NCBI GenBank assembly: GCA_001642005.1 | Contig: LWCA01000182.1 | Coordinates: forward strand, 1-43,515 | DNA length: 43,515 bases | Reading direction: 5' to 3' | DNA from: Intoshia linei | Lineage: Eukaryota; Animalia; Orthonectida | Shown here: positions 35,182 through 43,515 of the stretch, piece after piece | Layout of the letters: each line of letters begins with the position of its first letter | Numbering within the stretch: the stretch's first letter is position 1 | Position numbers and translations under genes: made by a program | Notes under the pieces: model-generated | What the model saw: the letters and a program-made list of their open reading frames with translations, nothing else | Database searches by the model: none | Told to the model about the DNA's origin: nothing

Positions 35182-35952
35182 ATGTCAACAAAAATAATAT
35201 CATATATCATATTGCTTAATGTAGTATTTTTATATTCTGGTAAAAACTAAAATATAAATAAAAATATTTTTAGTGATAACCGATACGAAACTTCCCATTA
35301 TCAAAATAAATTTGGACGCAAAGTTTATACAAGTAAATTTAAAATTTAATTTTAAAAAATAATTAAGAAATGTCTATTAATTGATTAAATTATAAAATAG
35401 GACAATGATGTCTTCAAAACACCCCAAAACGAATTATTTAAAATGAAAAATGAAGAAAGTGATACATTTGTAATTCCTGGAAAAACATACAATATGGCAA
35501 TAATTTTTGAAAAATTACCATTGCCTCATAAACATGAATATCGAATGAATTTAAAATTTGGTACAAAAAATATTGCACCCTACTATTATGCCATGACATA
35601 TAGTTTGCCAATTTTAACAAGACATAATATTGTAGTATGTAATCAAATGTACAATCAAACAGTTATAGATGTGAAAAATAATATTTATGTCAATATAATT
35701 ATTGAAAATCTTAAAATTGAATACATCAACAAAGAAAATGTTGGGGAAATACGGCGAGGTAAGTTTATTGCGATTCAAACTAATTTTATGTTTTTAGTTG
35801 AAATATGTGATATGGATATTGTCGAACAAAATATTTCTTCTGCTGCACAATTTTTCAAGTACATCATTTTATATGGTTTTGGAATTACTATTGTATTATC
35901 ACTGATTATTTCAATTTTTATTACTGTTTATTCAAATAAAAAGTTTAAATAG
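35182..35952 (+). CDS. Orphan type I membrane protein (about 222 aa; 3 exons, introns 35240-35273 and 35333-35400)
   Basis: Signal-peptide-like MSTKIISYIILLNVVFLYSVIT spliced in frame to the 35443 ORF; sequons NQT and NIS; C-terminal TM IILYGFGITIVLSLIISIFITVY and short basic tail SNKKFK. Confidence 0.7.
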
Positions 35953-36791
35953 TTTTTTTATATATTTATACATTTTAATCATTTCTAAGATAAATTTTGT
36001 AAATATCAATATCAATCGTGAAAACCTTGACACAATTCTTCAATTGTCTGAAATTACAAAACACTTGATTAAAAATACAATCTTATCAAAAAATATCAGT
36101 CATAAAAAAACTTATCAGGCCGGATGTTTCCATTTTGTAAATTAGAAAATGTTGAAATTTACATTAGTTAGTATATATAAATTGATTGATAGTACGTACA
36201 AACAGCACCTATGTCTGCAAAGGGCACATTTTTATTATACCTAAAAAAAATTCCGAGGAATGAATTATATAGATTTTCACTCATATTTCTTTATTGGAAA
36301 TGTGTGGACGTTCAATGCACATTTTTTTGAAATTGTAAGATCAATATTTACATTTTCAATTTTTATTTCAATCGAAATATTTGAAAAATGTTGGTTGATA
36401 ATATATTAAAAATTATTTTTCATCGGGAATGCGTAGATTACTCGGGTTGAACTTTTGTATTTATGTCAACTGGAATAAGTGCTATCGGAATAATCTTTTT
36501 TTATAATTTTCGGACCGTTAATTATTTCACATTTTTTGTTTTAATAAAATATTTCGGAAAAAATACATATGAATACTAAAATGCTTTTTTGAATGTGAAG
36601 TCGTCACTTATTCGGATTGAATAAAAATTTATCACTTGAATAGCAGAGATAAATAAAGGTGTTACCAGCACATGGTGGTATTAGTAACAGTATTTCCGGT
36701 AAAATTAAAAAATTAGTTTATTTATGTAAAATAAACTATTCCTTATTTTATATTACCTTAGGGGTTTTATCCTTAAGCCTAGAGTCTAGGC

Positions 36792-37987
36792 CAGGGCTCC
36801 ACAACGTGCGGCCGTGGGCAATACATCTGATTATTATGATAATGCAATATATCATTTTACTTCAAATTGAAAAGTTAAAATAAGATTTTATTCACCATTT
36901 ATATAAACTATTTTAATCAAAAAGTTACATTCTTGACTTTGCCCCAGTTTCTCAAATGTTAGCGAAGGGTACACCAAATCAAGGCAGTCATTGTGTTTGT
37001 GTCTTGTCACACAAATGTCTTCTACTCTAATGTATCAATAAATCAAATTTAATGGTTCTTTTTTCTGTTGTCCAATTTACCAAAAAATTAATGATTAATT
37101 TTTTTTAAATCAGGTTTTTTCTTATGGAATCAGTCAGATTAATTATTGATCTAAGTATTTCGTAAAATGGGATTTTTCATAAAAATATTGGTAAAAGCGA
37201 TTTTTTTCTTTAAGAGTTGGTAAAAATGGATTTTTAAAAAAAATATTGGTAAAAAGGGATTTCTTCCTTAAGGTTTGGTAAAATTTTGGTTTTTTCTCAT
37301 AAAATTATATAAAATTATAGCTTCGCCTACAATCATCTAAATTTTCGTATTCACCCCCAAAGGTGATCACTGATCAGTCACCTATTGTTACCAACATTAA
37401 GTTATTATTCTCAACCCGAATTTTTGAGCGAAGCATGTTATTTTTTTTGTTATTTAAAAAAATTTTTGGGGCCCTCTTTTACTTTGGAATCTCTTTTTCA
37501 AAAAATAATAACAGTTTACACATCTTATACATGAAATACAGTCGCTTATTCATCCAACATAAATAAAATATGTCGGATCTGATGATTTTAATTGAAACAA
37601 TTAAATTACCCTGAGAAATATCACTTAACCTTGAGCCTTGAGTTGAATTTGAAAACCCGAAGTCTCAAAGGGAAAATAACGCAGTTGGCAACCCTACAGT
37701 CACCCCCATGAGAAGCACTCCATTAATTCTAATATTGCTATTTATTTCGATTCAGACAAATGACAAATATGGTGTTAATTTATATGAGTGAATTATCGAT
37801 TAATTTTAATTGAATATTATTAATTTAAACTTGCTAATATTAAAAATTTAAAGAAAACTATTTTATTAGACCTAAAATTTAGGCCCAGAGTAAACTTTCT
37901 CAATGTCGAAGTAAATTTTGTGCGGCCTTAGTATCAATGAAAAAAGTAGCATTGTGGCTGAATTGATATAAAGGTTGTGAACCCCTG
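36792..37987. mobile_element. Non-autonomous Buster-type hAT element (about 1.2 kb)
   Basis: TIRs CAGGGCTCCACAAC / GTTGTGAACCCCTG; TSD GTCTAGGC / GCTTAGGC (6/8, central TA). The right part is homologous to ~7560-8267. Confidence 0.65.
37383..37696. mobile_element. 314-bp hAT MITE (TAGGGTTGCC-type termini) nested in the previous element
   Basis: Perfect 8-bp TSD CAGTCACC (37375-37382, 37697-37704); termini TATTGTTACCAAC / GTTGGCAACCCTA. The empty site is visible in the paralogous copy at 7981-7988. Confidence 0.85.
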
Positions 37988-38403
37988 GCTTAGGCCCTAG
38001 GCGATTATTTAAAAAATCCCAATAAAAATAATTATAATAAATTAATTAATAAAATATACCATTTCAAGACCTTTATGTAAAAACTTTTTTCTTACGATTT
38101 TACAAAAAACTAATAAGAAATAAATTTTCTATCCAACTCAAAATAAAAAATCTAATTTTACGAACCCCTAAGCCTTAAGTTAAGGTAACATCTCTTTTCC
38201 TACATTTTATTGAAAACTTTGTTTCTACACTACCTCACCAGAAAAAACTCTTAATCCAACATACAATAATAAAAAACCAAAATTTTAGCAACCATGAAAG
38301 AGCAATTCTTTTTTCCGAGTGCTTAGTTGTAAACATTAAACATTTGTGAGACTCAATAACGTCATTGTATTCCGTTTACATTTAAAAAACTAGTCGTTTA
38401 TAT

Positions 38404-38577
38404 TAGTGATGCGACGATTCCTAACTTTTCAACGATACCGATTCAATTCTTAAAAAAACTGTTGCTTTTTGCAATTTTTATTTTTTTTAAAAAAAAGTCG
38501 CAAAGAATCGAAATCGTCAAAATGACAACCTTTTGCAGATTCGATTTCTTGGAATTATTACGACTCTCGCATCACTC
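38404..38577. mobile_element. 174-bp hAT (Ac-type) MITE
   Basis: TAGTGATGCGA ... TCGCATCACTC termini; TSD GTTTATAT / ATTTATAT (7/8). Confidence 0.65.
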
Positions 38578-39266
38578 ATTTATATATTTAAAAAAATTTG
38601 CTGATACCAGCAATTCGAAAACCTTTTAGATGAACCATTATCATTTTACAAAAATCTGAATTACTATTTTTTAATAATTTAAAAAAAAAAGTAATGGTGT
38701 CTTATGGAATTAGTAGAATTAATTAGCTCATTTAACATTTTAAAACGTCGCATAGCATCTGCCGATCGACTAAGGCGTTAGTCGACTTTCACTATCTTTT
38801 GTCTCCGATACATTGTAGATATTGCATAATGCATTTTATTTTCAAAAATGAGTATAAACACCACCAAAATCTTTGTATCTATATTTACTTTAATTTGGCA
38901 CATTTTTAATTTTTAATAGGTTTTTCTGAAAAAAAATTAAATTTAATTTAATTTAATTATTATAAGTAAAATATATTCACTCGTAAAAAAATTGCCGTAA
39001 ATATGAAAAACTAACTATTTAAATTTGAAAAGAAAATAAATGATTTTGAGCATTTTTGTTTACAATTTTTCAATGGATCATTATTTTCCAGAAAAGGTGG
39101 TATAAAATTTTAAACTAGTTTAATAAAAACGTAATAATACCAAAGAGAACTGCTGAACCTAAGCTCAACATTTTGTCAAATGTATTTATAAACATCCATG
39201 AAAAGTATCGTAACTTAAAAATCGTTTTATTGTTACAATTACACATTAAAAAATTGAAAGCTAGTG

Positions 39267-40073
39267 TCAATTGAAATTAGCTTTGATTGAAACACAATGA
39301 AAATAATGTTCTGCAAAAGGAATCACATCATCAGTAACTTGAGTCCAACAAACCAAGTTTTTATCTAGGACAAAATTATAATTATATGATTCTCTAAGTT
39401 TATCAATGGTTTTTGACGCAATTCCGCAGCGTCGATATTGTGGTTTGGTCCAAATTCGTTTAATGGAACATTTGGCAGGTATTAATATGTTTTTTTCGTG
39501 AGGTTTAAAATATGAAGAGCAAACAGCTTTTTCAACGTCACAGAATCCAATCACTTCGAATTTTGTTTCGCTGGAACAATATTTTTTAATACTTAAAAAA
39601 GTGACAATAGATTTTCTCCTGCTAGCACTATTATAATTTTTCAACCCAAAAATATCGTCAAATTTCACTCGCATCAATGACAACTGTTTAGATATCGCGA
39701 CATCAATACCACTTTCGCAATTTGTTTTTTTTAAGTTTTTGTTGTTATAAATTATAATTTCGATATTTTGTTCCTTCATAAAATCTCGTCGAAAATCTTT
39801 AGGAATGTTTAAATAAAATTCCATATTCATATCATCATGAATTCGTTTATGAATCATACGATCTATTGGGTCTGCTTGAACAAAAACCATATCACACTCG
39901 TCGCATTTAGATGGACGTATATCTCGCTGACCCACATCGATAAGCATTTGCGATGAATTCAAATATTTGCTAATCCTTGTTTTAGAGGTTGGTTTACTTT
40001 TTTCTCGGTTATTTCTATTTTTTACATTTATTCTTTTAAAATATTTGTCAATTTGATTCAATTTCAAACTCAT
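39267..40073 (-). CDS. ESCO: Cohesin acetyltransferase Eco1/ESCO, intronless, about 268 aa
   Basis: QMLIDVGQ motif, C2H2 finger CDECDMVF...D...HKRIH, GNAT IKRIWTKPQYRRCGIASKTID. Likely start is Met32 of the listed ORF (MSLKLNQIDKYF). ESCO1 vs ESCO2 not resolvable. Confidence 0.9.
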   Translation of the reverse strand: MSLKLNQIDKYFKRINVKNRNNREKSKPTSKTRISKYLNSSQMLIDVGQRDIRPSKCDECDMVFVQADPIDRMIHKRIHDDMNMEFYLNIPKDFRRDFMKEQNIEIIIYNNKNLKKTNCESGIDVAISKQLSLMRVKFDDIFGLKNYNSASRRKSIVTFLSIKKYCSSETKFEVIGFCDVEKAVCSSYFKPHEKNILIPAKCSIKRIWTKPQYRRCGIASKTIDKLRESYNYNFVLDKNLVCWTQVTDDVIPFAEHYFHCVSIKANFN

Positions 40074-40309
40074 TTGTAATCTAAAAATTGCGCCATTGTA
40101 ACTTGGAAACGTGAAATAAATGAATAATATAAATAAATAAACAAAAGGGATGAATATATTGTTCAAACAAAATATACAGTGTCATCTCATATTATCAAGA
40201 AATTCAAGTATATTTATTATTTACTAAAATTTACTAAATTGAATAAAATAACCAAAGTAATATATCAATTAGAAATTGATTTACGATGCGATCCAAATTC
40301 AATTCAGAC

Positions 40310-42101
40310 ATGTCCGAGAATAATCAAATATCTGAAACTACAAAAAGTCCAAAAGCTTACAGATTTAGACGCAATAAAACAATCGACTATAAATACTTAA
40401 TTTCTTCAGATAAGGATGAAGACGGAAATTTAAATCATTTAACCATTAACGTAATTTACCGATAATTGTATTAGATTATAATTTACAAATAGGCAGACAA
40501 GAAACTTACAGAATTAAACGCTTCTCGTAAAGAAGCCAGAATACTTAGACGCAAAACTATGGTTCACAGGGTATTTTCATTTTTATTTCATAATAAATTT
40601 AAATTCAGAGTCCTAAATCGGAAACTGAAATCGAACCTATTTATAACATGGTATGTTTGTTTTGTATTTGTATTTACAATTTTAAAAACAAATTTACTTT
40701 ATTTTAGATTTCTGATCCATTACATTCTTTACCTATGCCGGTACTATTTATTATTTCTTGTTAAACTTAAATTTTTAGGATATTGTTTCGAGAACTGTGT
40801 CCAATTTATCAGATCCTGTTGAAAATGTAATTTTTAAATACACTTAGATCGAGCCATTAGTGTACTAGCCAAAATTATAATTTTACGTTACATTATTGAA
40901 TGTACACAAATTTTGTGAGATCGCATATTGAACTTTCAAAATTATAGTTGACAATATTTTTATCCTCATTAGACTTATTTCTAATTTTAAAGTTCCAGAA
41001 ATGAAAAAAGTCAATAAATTTATCAAAATAATAATCGAATAAAGCTTTCTCCAAAAAATATCTATATATATTATATCAAACGGTCATATTCAACATGTTG
41101 ATTTGATTTCCTAAAAAAATTAAGCGCATATACAATGTATATTATACATGTTATGTTATCAACAAAATTTTTCTAAATTTTTTTTTTATACTGATGAATA
41201 ATAATAACAGACTGCCCTGAAGAGACCATTTTGTTCGTTAAGTCTAATAATATCCAAATTGTAATGCGTTTTTAATAATTTAGAAAGAAACCAAAATTAC
41301 AAATGAAAAGCTGGAAAAACCATCATCTGAAAATTCTGGATTTAAAAGCGAAAGCCATAGTAGTACCTCTACGTATAATCATCCTAATAATATTTCAGTT
41401 TTTTTTTATTTTATTTTTTTAACTTTTTCAAAGCCGATGTACATGATACATCACTTAAAAAAGCTATAAATATTTTGTAATTATATTTTTTTGTTGTTTA
41501 ATCAAGGATATCCTTTGTATTATTTACAGTTTGAATTTTACCTATAGTGATATGTTCTGCCTCTCAGAAATAGTTAAAAATTACCAGTTTTATATTGAAT
41601 AAAAAAATTTTATTGACCACTCATTTAATTACATTTGAAGCTATTTAACATACTTTACGAATTCTAAAAAATAAAAGTGTTATATATAAGACTGGATATT
41701 TTTATCCATACAATTAAATTTACAACAGTAGCTATTTTCGGTTTGAAATTAGGCCTTAGTTCTGGAATTGAGTTTTCACAAGAATTCTGGAAGTCGGTGA
41801 TTAATTATTTATTTTTTTTTAATTTTTTGTTACATAATATCTTTAGTTTTAATATTTTTAGCAATTTGTAAGCTTACTATATTTTTTAAGTCGTATATAA
41901 TAAATTCTGCTTTGAAAGGGTTAAACAAAATTTTAGAATAAAGAAATTAACGAAAAACTTGACAAATCTATGTTAGATAACGCACAGTTAGAAAATAATG
42001 TTTTAATGTTTCAGTCTGTAAATGACAATTTAAAAGACGAAGAAATATTTTTAAAGGAAACCATTTCTGAATTGAAACGACTTAACAGAATCGATAAAAA
42101 G
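40310..42101 (+). CDS. Multi-exon uncharacterised protein with a coiled-coil segment; probably continues beyond the window
   Basis: ATG 40310 (MSENNQISETTKSPKAYRFRRNKT...) with several short GT-AG introns joining in frame to ~40827; later exons near 41284 and 41937-42101 (NKEINEKLDKSMLDNAQLENN...LKETISELKRLN). Middle exon phases not fully resolved. Confidence 0.6.
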
Positions 42102-42779
42102 GTTATTTATTTTTCATTTATTATAATATTCCTATAATTATTGGAATAAATCTTTGATGTATTATGATGATTAATAAATGGTTGATGAGTGTGTCGCTTG
42201 ATTAGAATTTTAAAGGAAATTATTGGGATGTATATATTTTTTACACCTCTGTCGAGACGTTTTGACGTTTTTATGCAATAAATGATATATTATCATTTTA
42301 TATTCGGCATATACATGCATGGTGCCATTTTTTCTATTTACATGTAACATACATGTAATCAATACATAATCAGTGTAGATTTAACTTTGTTGTTAATTCA
42401 ATGGTTTCCATACAAGGGTCGTCAAACGTTTTTGGTCGTGGACTATCATTTGCATAATTTAATATGGTTGTCGTTTTAAACCACAACTTTTTGAAAAATA
42501 GTGGCTTTAAATTTGACGTGAAAATGTACTTTAATTTAGTTTAAATCAATTAAATATTGATAAGTAAGCGGGGATCGTGATTTTTTTTACTTGTTTGATA
42601 TTTACACATAAAATTTTTGAAACGGGTAATATTTTCAATCCAGCTTTGTAATATCATTAGATCAATGATTCTCAACGTGGTCCACAGAGAATTCACGGTG
42701 GTCCTCATAGAGCTTCAATATATTTAAAATATACACATTAAATTTTTTATTATCGCTTATATTATTATTACTGTTATAT

Positions 42780-42973
42780 CAGGGTTTCCACACTTTTTTT
42801 CGAAGATTCACACGTGAACCTTTAATAAATTATACAATTTATCGCGTACCATTAAAGCCAAATTACTAGACAAATTTAAAAAAAATTTAATACAAAACGT
42901 AATAAATTGACTTGTAATTAGTAAAAATTTTTCACAGACCACCGATCCGCGAACCGGCATTTGAAAAACGCTG
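42780..42973. mobile_element. 194-bp hAT-type MITE
   Basis: CAGGGTTTCCA ... TGAAAAACGCTG termini; TSD TGTTATAT / TGCTATAT (7/8). Confidence 0.6.
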
Positions 42974-43515
42974 TGCTATATTATGCTTTGGGTATGATAC
43001 ATTTAATAAATGTTACAGCTTTATATTGAGGTAAGTTGGATTTTCATGGGGAATAGTCGGAGTGTTAATTTTATGGGAAGCTGTTATGGCGTTTATAAAG
43101 TTTTAGGTATATAGTAAAAATACTAATTTAAAAAAGCAAATACTTTAAATCATAAATATTTTATAAAGTTTAAAAAATATAGATGTAAAGTCAAAAATTT
43201 TCTATTTTGGAGATATTTTTAGGGTAATTAATACTCTTAGTGAAAATTTGTAATGAAAAAAAATGTGACTTAGATGTTCTCCATAATTGAAGCTCTACTG
43301 AATAACTTCGTGTTTTAAAAAAATTTTAGAACATGTTTAATTTTTAAAACAAAGGCCAATGGTAGGTTTTGACCATGAACGTATGCGTTTCTGAGGCTGA
43401 GATTTACGATAATGTTAATGATATTAAAATGCATCCCAGAATGTATGTATTAGGGTGGACACAATTTCAATATTTTTGAATTTCTTATGGGCCATTAGCC
43501 AGAAAGTTTCGTTTT

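Noticed and set aside
40074-40166. Hydrophobic signal-like N-terminal extension on the ESCO ORF
   Set aside because: The listed ORF starts at a non-ATG codon in T-rich upstream DNA; the first ATG is at 40073 and ESCO is a nuclear enzyme.

Overview
This is very AT-rich eukaryotic (animal) nuclear DNA with many very short GT-AG introns (measured examples 34-56 nt) and the standard genetic code. Composition, intron size and protein divergence suggest a compact-genome invertebrate such as an orthonectid (Intoshia-like); this is an inference, not a verified identification. Splicing by eye recovers these genes, most of which the ORF track fragments: HSPBAP1 (-), a small orphan (+), MRPL24 (-), AAGAB (+), DNAJC21 (+), an SLC28/CNT nucleoside transporter (-), WDR3/UTP12 (-), two orphans (+), ESCO/Eco1 (-) and a coiled-coil gene that appears to run off the right edge. 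The transporter's largest intron holds an antisense galanin/allatostatin-A-type GPCR pseudogene. The most striking feature is gene packing: seven consecutive genes over 2696-27042 are separated by only 87, 17, 25, 86, -4 (overlap) and 168 bp. These junctions include a 25-bp head-to-head pair, shared stop codons with reciprocal poly(A) signals in each other's last intron, and two operon-like tandem junctions with splice-acceptor-like AGs just before the ATG. Mobile DNA is abundant but within this block sits in introns. It includes a non-autonomous Helitron family, a decayed Buster-type hAT nested in a pogo/Tigger relic, several hAT MITEs and periodic arrays. I see no prokaryotic-type system (CRISPR, defence island). 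Exon boundaries were read manually and need RNA-seq confirmation.
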